A stretch of 64,000 nt of DNA from Bacteroidota bacterium (GCA_028875875.1 JAGWUV010000023.1:1984-65983); one strand, 5' to 3'; shown: positions 18,521 to 28,073, numbered from the stretch's first letter. The notes: generated from the sequence alone by a model not told the origin. Numbers and translations: made by a program.

Positions 18521-20005
18521 TTATTCGCCTTTGCAGCGTGCTATGCCGCTTTTAGCTTTTTGATCGAGGGAGTTTTTATAATCATGGTCTTCCATATTAA
18601 GACATTTCTGGTAGTAACTGATTGCTCTTGCCCGGTCGCCCCTGTGTTCGTAGATCATTCCTGTTTGTAAAGCAGCACGTGCTGCATAATATTCCGTACT
18701 GTGTTCTCCTAATTGAATGGCAGACTGGTAATAATGAATAGCTTGTTCATCATTGTTTAAATCATCATAAATTCTCCCTAAACGATAAATATATTCCAAT
18801 CGGTCTTGCTCCTTAATCTCGCTAATGCTTTTGGTATTGATGAGTTGCAATGCTTCCCTGTTATAACCGCCATCGCTTAATAACCGTACACGCAATAAAA
18901 AAGGATCGGGCCAGGTTCCGCTTTTCGCTTCTTTCAATGCCTGTTTATCCGCATCCGCATTGGTGGCACCTCTTTTCAAAATGGCATTCCTGGCGTTTTG
19001 AGCAGCCTGCATATTCCCTTCCAGTAAAAAGCACCAACTGAGTTTCTGGTAAACATCTTTTACATAATACGTGCCTTTGAAATTGCTTACATAGCGTTCA
19101 AAGTGACGTATGGCTTCAGGTAATTCCAGGTGATACATCCTGTCGAATCCCATTTCAAAATCCCACACCGGGGTAGCCAAATATTCAGGAGAATTATTTT
19201 TATTTATGATGATGCTCTTAGCATATTCTACCTGTTTATTGTTCTTTGAAAGATTCGCCGCCATATACGCCAGCAGGTGATTGTTTACTACATCCAGCTT
19301 TCGGTATTGAATGAACTGGAGGGTCTCGTCTTTTTTATTCTCAATGTAAAATTGAAGGTAACAATACACAAAGCTGCCTTCAACATTCATCATCCTTGCC
19401 CATGGATCGCTACTATACACAAATCCCCTGATCGTTTTCATCCCTTCAGTTACCGATCCTTTAAAACCAAAAATATTGGCGATCCATTTGTACCCTTTAG
19501 GAATCGTACCCAGTGCGGCTTGTATGGAGCCGTATAAAAGGTCGTTGGGCGTAAAAGTGGGAAATGCTTTTTTATTATCCTTGATCATTTGCCAGGCCTT
19601 CCTAAACTCCCAGGCACCATTCCACATATCGCCAAATTTTATAGCGGTTGCGGCACGGTGCATATGTGCCTCACTTAAGCAAAAAAGATAAAAGGGAGAG
19701 GAGGTAGGGCCTTCCTTCAATTGGGCAATGCGTTCATCAAAATGTGGTTTCCGCATTTTATATTCAGCAGGATCTTCATTTAAAAACAGCACAAAAAAGT
19801 CAATATAGCTTTCTAATAAAACCGGGATCAGGTTATCGGGGTTTTGCTGTTTGGCTTTAGCAATTAATGCCTGCCCGTTGGCAATTTTCAGCTTTGTGAT
19901 CTCATGATAAGCTTGCTGGCATACCGAATTAAACTCGTATACTTTAGCCGCCTGGCTTAACAATGGGCCCAGTAAGAACAGCCATCCAAAAATTAACTTC
20001 TTCAT
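18521..20005 (-). CDS. Secreted TPR-repeat protein, function unknown
   Basis: I take the start at ATG 20005 (MKKLIFGWLFLLGPLLSQA signal peptide), because the track start 20029 lies inside the upstream terminator hairpin. C-terminal TPR-like repeats (YRLGRIYDDLNNDEQAIHYYQSAI..., YEHRGDRARAISYYQKCL). Confidence 0.65.
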   Translation of the reverse strand: MKKLIFGWLFLLGPLLSQAAKVYEFNSVCQQAYHEITKLKIANGQALIAKAKQQNPDNLIPVLLESYIDFFVLFLNEDPAEYKMRKPHFDERIAQLKEGPTSSPFYLFCLSEAHMHRAATAIKFGDMWNGAWEFRKAWQMIKDNKKAFPTFTPNDLLYGSIQAALGTIPKGYKWIANIFGFKGSVTEGMKTIRGFVYSSDPWARMMNVEGSFVYCYLQFYIENKKDETLQFIQYRKLDVVNNHLLAYMAANLSKNNKQVEYAKSIIINKNNSPEYLATPVWDFEMGFDRMYHLELPEAIRHFERYVSNFKGTYYVKDVYQKLSWCFLLEGNMQAAQNARNAILKRGATNADADKQALKEAKSGTWPDPFLLRVRLLSDGGYNREALQLINTKSISEIKEQDRLEYIYRLGRIYDDLNNDEQAIHYYQSAIQLGEHSTEYYAARAALQTGMIYEHRGDRARAISYYQKCLNMEDHDYKNSLDQKAKSGIARCKGE

Positions 20006-20017
20006 CGCTTCGAAAAT

Positions 20018-20047
20018 AAAAAAGGCCATCGATCGACGGCCTTTTTT
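20018..20047 (-). terminator. Intrinsic terminator after the COG1579 gene
   Basis: AAAAAAGGCCATCGATCGACGGCCTTTTTT is a GC-clamped hairpin with A-run and T-run flanks. Confidence 0.6.
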
Positions 20048-20069
20048 GTATACAAATATCTGTTAAGTA

Positions 20070-20828
20070 TTACTTGATCTCAATACTGTCATTCAGGTCA
20101 GCATCCACTAAAATACGTCCGCAGTTCTCACAAACGATCACTTTTTTGTGCATACGTATTTCGCTCTGGCGCTGAGGAGGAATAGCGTTAAAGCAGCCAC
20201 CGCAAGCATCACGCTCAACCGGAACAACGGCTAACCCGTTGCGGTAGCTATGGCGGATACGATCGTAGCTGTACAATAACCTGTCTTCAATTTCACTTCT
20301 GGCGCTATCGCTTTGTTTTTTAAAATGGTTTTCTTCTTTCTCAGTATCAGCAATGATCTTTTCCAATTCACCTTTCTTATGATTTAACACACCCTCTTTG
20401 GTTCCGATCTGCTTTTTAGCCGCATCCAGGTTTTTAACCTTATCAGCCAGCTCTTCATTGGCATCGCGGATATGCTTTTCGCACAATTTAATTTCCAGCT
20501 GTTGCATCTCAATCTCTTTAGAGATCGCTTCAAACTCACGGCTGTTCTTTACGTTCTCACTTTGCTTTTCGTACTTTTTAATCAGTGCCTCGCTGTCTTT
20601 AATGGCGTTTTTCTTGCCTTCAATAAACTCAGAGATACCGTTGATCTCTTCCTCAATACGGTTTTTACGGCTATGTAAACCTGCGATCTCATCTTCCAGA
20701 TCACTAACTTCCATCGGAAGTTCACCTTTCAGAATTTTAATCTCATCCAGTTTGCTGTCAATCTTTTGCAGCTTAATCAAACCCACCAGTTTTTCTTCTA
20801 CTGAGAAGTCTTTGTTAACTGTAGCCAT
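20070..20828 (-). CDS. Coiled-coil protein with C-terminal C4 zinc ribbon (COG1579 family)
   Basis: 252 aa with a long coiled coil and then CGGC...(22 aa)...CENC. The classic gene partner of Nif3-like proteins. Confidence 0.8.
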   Translation of the reverse strand: MATVNKDFSVEEKLVGLIKLQKIDSKLDEIKILKGELPMEVSDLEDEIAGLHSRKNRIEEEINGISEFIEGKKNAIKDSEALIKKYEKQSENVKNSREFEAISKEIEMQQLEIKLCEKHIRDANEELADKVKNLDAAKKQIGTKEGVLNHKKGELEKIIADTEKEENHFKKQSDSARSEIEDRLLYSYDRIRHSYRNGLAVVPVERDACGGCFNAIPPQRQSEIRMHKKVIVCENCGRILVDADLNDSIEIK

Positions 20829-20898
20829 AATACTAAGTATGATTTACTAATGTATGATTTTTGTGTTGTACCGCCTCCCGGTTTTCATAGCATCACCT

Positions 20899-20929
20899 GT
20901 TGCGTCGCAATCCATTCATCGTTCCGTTC
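20899..20929 (-). repeat. Stop-proximal intergenic motif, copy A
   Basis: Plus strand reads GTTGCGTCGCAATCCATTCATCGTTCCGTTC. In minus-strand sense it starts GAAC 1 nt after the Nif3-like stop codon. See findings. Confidence 0.45.
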
Positions 20930-20930
20930 T

Positions 20931-22037
20931 TTATTCACCTAAAAAATACGCCACAGGGTTGGTGCTAACCTCGCTTTTGAGGACGGCAAAGGTAGGGAAT
21001 TTAGATTGTAAAATGTCAACCAATAAATCCGGCGTAAACTGCTCACTTTCCCAATGGCCAATATCGGCAATCACCAGTTGACCATCGGCGTCAAAAAATT
21101 CATGATATTTTATATCCGAACTGATAAAAAAATCAGCCCCTGCAGCTATAGCCTTCCCTAACAAAAAGCTACCGGCTCCGCCGCAAACGGCAACCTTTTT
21201 CACTTTTTTACCCGTTAGAGCAGTGTGTTTGATGGCTTGTAAGCCAAATGCAGATTGAATTACAGAAAGAAAGGCTTTTTCTTCCTTAGCTTCAGGTAAT
21301 TCCCCGATCATACCACTGCCCACTCTTTCAAAACTGTTGGAAAGGGCAACCAGGTCGTAAGCTACTTCCTCATATGGATGTGCTTTCAATAAAGCCTGCA
21401 CCACTTTTTTCTGCATATAAGCGGGGAAGATAACTTCGAGCTTTACTTCTTTTTCCTCATGCCTTATGCCTTTTTCCCCCACAAAAGGGTTGGCCCCTTC
21501 GCTTCCTTTAAAAGTACCCTTGCCTTCCGCAGAAAAACTGCATTCGCTGTATTCGCCAATGTTACCTGCGCCGGCAGCAAATAAAGCATCCTGCACACCG
21601 GCGGCATGTGCCAGCGGCACGAATGTGAACAGTTTCATGAGCAAGTTTTCCTTCGGATCAAGAATTGTACAATTTTTTAATCCAAGTTTGGAAGCAATGA
21701 TATGGTTCACGCCATGCTGTACATTATCCAGGTTGGTATGGATCGCGTAAATAGCAATATCATTTTTAATGGCCGCAATTATAGCTCTTTCCACATAGGA
21801 ATAGCCATTGATCCTTTTCAATCCCCGAAACACGATAGGATGATGCGCCACTACCAGGTTACAATTCTTACGCTTCGCCTCCAATATTACTTCCTCCGTA
21901 GCATCCAGCGTGCAAAGAATGCCTGTACATGCCCAGGAAGCCATTCCGGTGATCAAACCGCAATTGTCGTATTCTTCCTGGTAAACCGTTGGTGCGGCTT
22001 TTTCGAGTGTTTGTGTAATATCTCCAATGGTGATCAT
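20931..22037 (-). CDS. Nif3-like dinuclear metal-centre protein (GTP cyclohydrolase 1 type 2 family)
   Basis: 368 aa with NLVVAHHPIVF, AIYAIHTNLD and a C-terminal ISSDIKYHEF...IGHWESE. Confidence 0.9.
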   Translation of the reverse strand: MITIGDITQTLEKAAPTVYQEEYDNCGLITGMASWACTGILCTLDATEEVILEAKRKNCNLVVAHHPIVFRGLKRINGYSYVERAIIAAIKNDIAIYAIHTNLDNVQHGVNHIIASKLGLKNCTILDPKENLLMKLFTFVPLAHAAGVQDALFAAGAGNIGEYSECSFSAEGKGTFKGSEGANPFVGEKGIRHEEKEVKLEVIFPAYMQKKVVQALLKAHPYEEVAYDLVALSNSFERVGSGMIGELPEAKEEKAFLSVIQSAFGLQAIKHTALTGKKVKKVAVCGGAGSFLLGKAIAAGADFFISSDIKYHEFFDADGQLVIADIGHWESEQFTPDLLVDILQSKFPTFAVLKSEVSTNPVAYFLGE

Positions 22038-22088
22038 TTCTTCAACATAATTTACAACAAAATAAAACTAATCTAACTTAGCACGTCT

Positions 22089-22937
22089 ATGGAAGGCTAT
22101 TTTAATTACAACGGAAAGGTATTAAGAAACGAAAAGAAAGCGGTTATTTCTGTAGATAACCGTTCATTCAGGTATGGCGATGGTTGCTTCGAAACCATGA
22201 AGATGACTAACGGAAAAATTTTGCAGTCTGCCTACCACCAGGAAAGGCTTTTTACTTCACTACAAGCATTACATTTTGATAAGCCCAATTTTTTTATCAC
22301 AGAAGCTTTTGAGCAGCAGATCATTGAACTGGCTAAAAAGAACCAGCATAAAAAACTGGCCAGGGTAAGGGTGACGATATTCAGGGGTGATGGTGGTTTG
22401 TATGATGTAGAGAATAACCAGCCGAACTATCTAATTCAAACATGGGACTTGAACAGTGCGAATAACAAACTGAATGAGAACGGGCTGATCGTTGATGTTT
22501 GCAAAGATGTTCGCAAAAGTTGCGACAAGTTTTCGAATATTAAAAGCAATAACTATCTCGGCTATGCCATGGCTGCGATGTGGGTGAAGGAACAGAAGAT
22601 GAATGATGCCCTGGTCTTAAATGCCTACGATAGAATTTGTGATGCTACTATAGCCAATGTTTTTTTAGTGAAGAATGGTGTGATTAAAACACCTGCACTT
22701 ACAGAAGGCTGCGTGAGCGGTACCATGCGTAAATACTTACTGAAATGTTGCCGGGAAGAAAACCTGCCTGTGGAAGAAACTCAAATTGAAGCAGAGGAAC
22801 TTGCTGAAGCCGATGAATTGTTTTTAACGAACGCAGTCTATGGCATCCGCTGGGTAAAAGAGTGTGGGGCTACGCATTACAAACAACAGTTGGCTGAACA
22901 CCTGCATGAAAAATTCATTGCTCCTTTATTTCTGTAG
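22089..22937 (+). CDS. Class IV aminotransferase-fold protein (aminodeoxychorismate lyase / branched-chain type)
   Basis: 282 aa with FRYGDGCFETMK and the fold-type IV PLP pattern (NNYLGYAMA...NVFLVKNGVIKTP...GTMR). Confidence 0.75.
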   Translation: MEGYFNYNGKVLRNEKKAVISVDNRSFRYGDGCFETMKMTNGKILQSAYHQERLFTSLQALHFDKPNFFITEAFEQQIIELAKKNQHKKLARVRVTIFRGDGGLYDVENNQPNYLIQTWDLNSANNKLNENGLIVDVCKDVRKSCDKFSNIKSNNYLGYAMAAMWVKEQKMNDALVLNAYDRICDATIANVFLVKNGVIKTPALTEGCVSGTMRKYLLKCCREENLPVEETQIEAEELAEADELFLTNAVYGIRWVKECGATHYKQQLAEHLHEKFIAPLFL

Positions 22938-22979
22938 AACTATTTGACAGGTATATTGTTTCTCTTCAAAACAAAGAGG

Positions 22980-24290
22980 ATGAAACCGAGTGTTAATATC
23001 ATGTGGTTCAGAAGGGACTTGCGGTTGAGTGATAATGCTGCCTTATACCATGTATTGAAGAACAACAGTCCCGTGGTGCCGGTGTTTGTGTTTGATAAGC
23101 ACATTTTGGATGAACTGGAGAACAAGCAAGACCGTAGAGTGATTTTTATTCACCAGGCTTTGGAGCATATCCAACAACAATTGTTGCAAATGGGTAGTAC
23201 GCTCCAGGTGTTTTATGGCACTCCTTTAGAAATGTTCCAGTCTTTATTGCAGCGATACAGCATCGAGAAAGTATTCACCAATCATGATTATGAAAAGTAT
23301 GCGATAGAACGTGATGGGGCAGTGGCAAAATTGCTGCAGGAAAACGGCGCTTCTTTTCATTCTTATAAAGATCATGTGATCTTCGAGAAACACGAAGTGG
23401 TAAAAGACGACAGGTTGCCTTACACGGTGTTTACGCCTTACAGTAAAAGATGGAAAGCAACACTTACCCCTTTTCACCTGAAGCCTTATCCTACTGAAAA
23501 ATATTTTTCTAATTTTTATAAGCAAAAAGAAATTGCCATCCCTTCTCTCCCGGCTATGGGATTCAAAGAGGTGGATGTTGTTTTTCCCATTGCAACAGTG
23601 AAAAATGAATTATTAAAGCATTACAAGGAAAGAAGGGATTTCCCGGGTGTACAAGGCACTTCTCATTTGGGTATTCATCTTCGTTTTGGAACGGTGAGCA
23701 TCAGGGCATTGGCTAACCAGGCATTGGCTGTCAGTGAAACTTTTTTAAATGAATTGATCTGGCGTGATTTTTACCAGATGATCCTTTTTCATTTTCCGCA
23801 TATCTCTAACGGGCTAGCATTTAGGAAGGAGTATGATTTGATCGAGTGGAGGAATAATGAGAAAGAGTTTCAACAATGGTGTGAAGGAAAAACGGGTTAC
23901 CCGATCGTGGATGCCGGCATGCGTGAACTGAATGCTACAGGCTATATGCATAACCGTGTTCGCATGATTGTGGCTTCTTTTCTTACCAAGCACTTGCTGA
24001 TCGACTGGCGCTGGGGTGAAGCTTATTTTGCTAAGCAATTGGATGATTTTGATTTTGCTGCCAACAATGGTGGCTGGCAATGGGCTGCCGGCAGCGGCTG
24101 TGATGCAGCGCCTTATTTTAGGGTTTTCAATCCAACGCTGCAAACGGAGAAGTTTGATAAAGAGCTTCAATACATAAAAAAATGGGTGCCTGAATTAAAC
24201 TCGTTCGAATATCCACAACCTATCGTTCCGCATGAGCAGGCCCGTAAACGTTGCCTGGAAGTATATGGCAAGGTATTGAAGAAAGGATAG
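22980..24290 (+). CDS. phrB: Deoxyribodipyrimidine photolyase / cryptochrome family
   Basis: I take the start at ATG 22980 (MKPSVNIMWFRRDLRLSDN). FAD-binding blocks WRDFY, TGYPIVDAGMREL and NNGGWQWAAG are present. Confidence 0.9.
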   Translation: MKPSVNIMWFRRDLRLSDNAALYHVLKNNSPVVPVFVFDKHILDELENKQDRRVIFIHQALEHIQQQLLQMGSTLQVFYGTPLEMFQSLLQRYSIEKVFTNHDYEKYAIERDGAVAKLLQENGASFHSYKDHVIFEKHEVVKDDRLPYTVFTPYSKRWKATLTPFHLKPYPTEKYFSNFYKQKEIAIPSLPAMGFKEVDVVFPIATVKNELLKHYKERRDFPGVQGTSHLGIHLRFGTVSIRALANQALAVSETFLNELIWRDFYQMILFHFPHISNGLAFRKEYDLIEWRNNEKEFQQWCEGKTGYPIVDAGMRELNATGYMHNRVRMIVASFLTKHLLIDWRWGEAYFAKQLDDFDFAANNGGWQWAAGSGCDAAPYFRVFNPTLQTEKFDKELQYIKKWVPELNSFEYPQPIVPHEQARKRCLEVYGKVLKKG

Positions 24291-24368
24291 CAGGAAAGGG
24301 GCTAAGGCACAGAGGTAAAAGGTACTTCCGTGCTATTGTTTTGCAATAATTCTAAAGTGTATGATTTT

Positions 24369-25229
24369 TTAAATGAATATCCCTTCCTTCTTCAATTCAA
24401 TCTCCGGGTGTTGTTGATGGTAAACATCCAGCAAAGTATGCACAGCTTTTTTACCTTCTTCTCCCAATTGAATAGAATAGTTGTTTACATATAAATTGAT
24501 GTGCTGTCGCATTACTTCCTCACTCATTTCCTGTGCATGGCAGGTTACATATTCTGCCAGTTCTTCGTGGTGATGCCTGTAGGCATACTCTACACTTTTA
24601 CTGATCAACTGATCCACTTTTCTACTGATGTTAGTCTCCATTCTTTTATGCGCTATAATACCTCCCAATGGAATGGGCACTTGTGTTGTTTGTTCCCAAT
24701 ATTGTCCGAGGTCAACGATCTTATGCAATCCTTTCAATTGATACGTGAACCTGTTCTCATGTATGATCACACCTGCAAATACGTCGCCTTTTAAAACAGC
24801 ATCTTCAATTTCATGAAACACTTTGAAAACCTTATTCGTAGCGTTAGGATAAGCCAGCGAAAAAAGTAAGTGAGCAGTTGTGTTCTCTCCCGGGATGGCT
24901 ATGAGTCGCTCATCGATATTTTTTATTGCCTCTTCTGCAGACCGTGTAATCAGCAACGGTCCAACTCCTTTCCCCAAAGCACCGCCACTATGCAGCACTT
25001 TATAACTATCCACCACAAGCGGCAACACCCCATAACTGATCTTTGAAAAATCAAGCTTGCCCTGTAATGCCCATTCATTGAGGGTTTGCACATCTTCTAA
25101 CTGTACTTCAAATTCCAGTCCTTCCGTATCTATCTTATGGTTAACCAGTGCATCGAAAATGAAAGTATCATTCGGACAAGGAGAAAATCCCAGTGTGTAT
25201 TTCAAGGTGATCTGTTTTTTTAATAACAA
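24369..25229 (-). CDS. mqnD: 1,4-dihydroxy-6-naphthoate synthase (futalosine pathway)
   Basis: 286 aa with LGFSPCPNDTFIFDAL at the N-terminus and the periplasmic-binding-like fold of MqnD. Confidence 0.85.
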   Translation of the reverse strand: MLLKKQITLKYTLGFSPCPNDTFIFDALVNHKIDTEGLEFEVQLEDVQTLNEWALQGKLDFSKISYGVLPLVVDSYKVLHSGGALGKGVGPLLITRSAEEAIKNIDERLIAIPGENTTAHLLFSLAYPNATNKVFKVFHEIEDAVLKGDVFAGVIIHENRFTYQLKGLHKIVDLGQYWEQTTQVPIPLGGIIAHKRMETNISRKVDQLISKSVEYAYRHHHEELAEYVTCHAQEMSEEVMRQHINLYVNNYSIQLGEEGKKAVHTLLDVYHQQHPEIELKKEGIFI

Positions 25230-25248
25230 AATAAATGCTTGCTACTCG

Positions 25249-25917
25249 TTATTTGGTTTTATATAACTTATCAATGTACAATAACAAAGATTCATTCAGG
25301 TTGTTGATGGCTTCCTGCATCAGCCATTTGCTTTTGTCCCTTTCGCCTATGTAATTCGAAATGCTTCTCATTTGCAGAAAGGGTACATTCATTTCCCGGC
25401 AAACATAATGCAAGGCGGCGCCTTCCATACTTTCTATTACAGGTTCATATTTTTTTTGCAATTGCTGGATGCGGTTGCTATCCGTTGAAATCTCATTTAC
25501 TGTTACAGCATTTACAACAGGCAGTTTCAGCAGGTTCAATTCTTTAATGTGCTGATTGGGTAACCGTTTCCTTTCGAAAGGATGATAATTGCTGCGTTCC
25601 AGCTTCAGATCAAAAATATCTTTCCATTTCCCATCTTCCTTTACACCAATATCTCCCAGTACTTCTTCATGCACGATCACTACTTTGCCTAAAGGCATTT
25701 TGTTATCGAAAGTGCCGGCAATACCCGCCTGTATTACAAGGTCAGGCTTTTCTTCCAGTAATAGCCTTGTTAAAGCAACTGCACTGGCCAGCATGCCTAC
25801 ACCGCTCTGGTGAAAGCTTACTTTCAATCTTTTGCTGTTGCTGGTGTATAAGGGATCAATGCCTAAATAGCAGGGCATCCATTCTCCGGTGGTGGCAGCT
25901 GTTATAATTACTCTCAT
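25249..25917 (-). CDS. mqnB: Futalosine hydrolase (nucleosidase fold)
   Basis: 222 aa from ATG 25917: MRVIITAATTGEW...GVGMLASAVAL...IQAGIAGTF...ESMEGAAL. The 322-aa track ORF is an upstream read-on that overlaps queD on the opposite strand. Confidence 0.8.
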   Translation of the reverse strand: MRVIITAATTGEWMPCYLGIDPLYTSNSKRLKVSFHQSGVGMLASAVALTRLLLEEKPDLVIQAGIAGTFDNKMPLGKVVIVHEEVLGDIGVKEDGKWKDIFDLKLERSNYHPFERKRLPNQHIKELNLLKLPVVNAVTVNEISTDSNRIQQLQKKYEPVIESMEGAALHYVCREMNVPFLQMRSISNYIGERDKSKWLMQEAINNLNESLLLYIDKLYKTK

Positions 25918-26008
25918 GATGCGTAAAGGTCGGTATTGGCACTCATTTACACAAGCATTGCTTGTTAGCCGTTCATCCATTACCTTTGCCGAAAATTGAT
26001 TTGAAGCG

Positions 26009-26419
26009 ATGGTGTATCTAACTAGACTGGAGCATTTTAATGCTGCCCACAAATTATACAACCCTAACTGGAGTAAAGAGAAAAATGAAGAAGTGTTTGA
26101 AGGATGTGCTAATGAAAACTGGCACGGGCATAATTTCGATCTGTATGTTACAGTGAAGGGGGAAGTGAATCCTGAAACGGGATTTGTGATGAACCTGAAA
26201 GACCTTTCTAAAATCATCAGGGAGCATGTGATTAAAAAAGTAGATCATAAGAACCTAAACCTTGATGTTGATTTTATGCAGGGAAAGATGGCCAGTGCCG
26301 AGGTATTGATTGTTGAGATTTGGAAAATACTGGAAAAGCAATTGCCTCAGGGCGTATTTATGCATGCCCTGAAGTTGTATGAAACGGCGAGGTCTTTTGT
26401 AGAATATTATGGTGAATAG
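26009..26419 (+). CDS. queD: 6-carboxy-5,6,7,8-tetrahydropterin synthase
   Basis: 136 aa with FNAAHKL and the CANENWHGHNF zinc/catalytic motif. Confidence 0.9.
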   Translation: MVYLTRLEHFNAAHKLYNPNWSKEKNEEVFEGCANENWHGHNFDLYVTVKGEVNPETGFVMNLKDLSKIIREHVIKKVDHKNLNLDVDFMQGKMASAEVLIVEIWKILEKQLPQGVFMHALKLYETARSFVEYYGE

Positions 26420-26454
26420 TAAGAACTAATAACTTCTTTTGAAAAATAATCAAT

Positions 26455-26485
26455 AAAAAATCCGAACCAATTGGTTCGGATTTTT
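26455..26485. terminator. Bidirectional intrinsic terminator between convergent queD and tig
   Basis: AAAAAA-TCCGAACCAATTGGTTCGGA-TTTTT, a perfect 20-nt palindrome. Confidence 0.8.
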
Positions 26486-26507
26486 AGTATCTGCTCTTAA
26501 TAAAAGA

Positions 26508-27878
26508 TTAATGATGGTGGTGGTGCAGCTTACTGGCAAAATCTTCTGCACTGATGGTTTCTTCTGTAGCGCTAACAACGGCTTCTACTGCTGCAAACAT
26601 TTTTTCTGTACTGATGCGGTGGTAACTATCTTCTACAAATTTTCTGTCCTGCATCATGCGGTTTGCATAATCATCTACCCATTGCTGGTTATCACCTAAA
26701 GCACCCAACTGGCCGCCCATGTACTGGAATAATTGTTGTTTCGCAAAGTCGCGGATATCATCAGGTAATACTTCAACTTTATGATCGGTGATCAGTTTAC
26801 TGCTGATCAATGTCCATTTTAACTGGTCTGCAAAAGAAGGGAACTCCTGTTCTGCTTCTTCAGCCGTTTTGGGTTTCTCACCACCGGTTTGTAACCAACG
26901 TTTCAAAAAGCTTTGCGGCAATTCGATAGTGGTATGGTCTAACAGGTGATGATAGATCTGGTCGTGTATTTGGTTGCGGCTTTGAGCAGCATAATACGCT
27001 TCAATTTCTTCTTTGATAGCGGCTTTAAACTCGTCTTCTGTTTTAATTTCTTTGTTAGGATAAACAGCAATGAACAACTCTTCGTTCAACTCAGCTTTGG
27101 TTACCAAGCCCACTTTGGTAATCAACAGTGTAAAGTATTTATCAGCAGCTTTTTTATCTTCTTTATCTAAGCCTAAATCGCTTAAGATAAAATCCAGTTC
27201 TTTTTCTTCGAAAGCCTTTTTCAGTTGCAATACAACAGTGTCATCTTTCTTTTTGCCCATTAAATTCTTGCGGAACTTTTCAGCAAAATATTTAACCAGT
27301 AAAGAGTTCTCTTTTGTAATGCCGCCCTCTACTTCGTTGCCTTCTTTATCGCTTTCAGTGAATTTTACGTTCAACACATTGTCTTCACCGGTAACTTCTT
27401 CAGGCTCGCTCATTTTACCATGACGAATTTGTAAACGATTCAGTTCTTCGCCTACCATCTCATCGGTAACATTCACTTTATAGCGGGTAACTTTTATTTT
27501 AGTAGCATCAATTTCAATCGCAGGTTTTAAGCCGATCTCGAATGCAAAAGCGTAATCTTTAGGATCATTCATATCCAATGCTCTTGCATCAGAATCTAAA
27601 GGCAGAGGCTGGGCAAAAATTTCCAGTTGTTCCTTGCTCAGGTAATCGTTTAAAGACTTTTCTACGTTACGCAATACTTCATCAGTAAACACGCTCTGTC
27701 CGTACATTTTCTTTACCAAACCTGCAGGCACCATTCCTTTACGGAAACCGGGGATGTTTGCAGTTTTAGCGTATTTTTTCAGGCTTTGTTCAAAGCCATT
27801 GAAATAATCTTCTTTCGATAAAGTAACGGTCAGCTTATCGTTCAGCAAACCAATGTTCTCTCTTGTTACTGTTGCCAT
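26508..27878 (-). CDS. tig: Trigger factor
   Basis: 456 aa with the ribosome-binding motif GFRKGMVP near the N-terminus and FKBP-like middle and C-terminal chaperone arms. It ends in KLHHHHH. Confidence 0.95.
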   Translation of the reverse strand: MATVTRENIGLLNDKLTVTLSKEDYFNGFEQSLKKYAKTANIPGFRKGMVPAGLVKKMYGQSVFTDEVLRNVEKSLNDYLSKEQLEIFAQPLPLDSDARALDMNDPKDYAFAFEIGLKPAIEIDATKIKVTRYKVNVTDEMVGEELNRLQIRHGKMSEPEEVTGEDNVLNVKFTESDKEGNEVEGGITKENSLLVKYFAEKFRKNLMGKKKDDTVVLQLKKAFEEKELDFILSDLGLDKEDKKAADKYFTLLITKVGLVTKAELNEELFIAVYPNKEIKTEDEFKAAIKEEIEAYYAAQSRNQIHDQIYHHLLDHTTIELPQSFLKRWLQTGGEKPKTAEEAEQEFPSFADQLKWTLISSKLITDHKVEVLPDDIRDFAKQQLFQYMGGQLGALGDNQQWVDDYANRMMQDRKFVEDSYHRISTEKMFAAVEAVVSATEETISAEDFASKLHHHHH

Positions 27879-27904
27879 AGCACACGTAAAATTTTAAATA
27901 AAAG

Positions 27905-27986
27905 TGCGGATGATAGGAATCGAACCTACATGGATTGCTCCGCTAGATCCTAAGTCTAGTGCGTCTGCCAGTTTCGCCACATCCGC
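27905..27986 (-). tRNA. tRNA-Leu (anticodon UAG), type II with a long variable arm
   Basis: Minus-strand sequence is GCGGATGTGGCGAAACTGGCAGACGCACTAGACTTAGGATCTAGCGGAGCAATCCATGTAGGTTCGATTCCTATCATCCGCA. The 7-bp acceptor stem is GCGGATG/CATCCGC. The anticodon stem is CTAGA/TCTAG with loop CTTAGGA, and the T-loop is TTCGATT. No CCA is encoded. Confidence 0.9.
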
Positions 27987-27998
27987 AGTTAAGGGCTG

Positions 27999-28031
27999 CA
28001 AAAGTAGGGGATTTATAGCAATAGTATACAA
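27999..28031 (-). promoter_or_regulatory. Candidate promoter for tRNA-Leu (and possibly tig)
   Basis: Minus strand reads TTG (28031-28029), a 22-nt spacer, then TACTTTTG (28006-27999). The box ends 12 nt before the tRNA 5' end. Confidence 0.4.
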
Positions 28032-28073
28032 TGGTTTTTTTGGGGGCGGCAAATGTAGCTTTGGGCAGCTTGG

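Noticed and set aside
25918-26217. N-terminal 100-codon extension of the mqnB ORF (track ORF 25249..26217), overlapping queD on the opposite strand
   Set aside because: The extension has no nucleosidase-like sequence and is Ser/Phe/Leu-rich, as expected for the antisense of a real gene. The family-typical N-terminus MRVIITAATTGEW begins at ATG 25917. queD on the plus strand carries its diagnostic CxxxHGH motif.
26508-26525. His5 tail as evidence of an engineered or cloned construct
   Set aside because: There are five rather than six or more His, with mixed codons. No linker, protease site or vector-like flanks are present, and a native bidirectional terminator follows.
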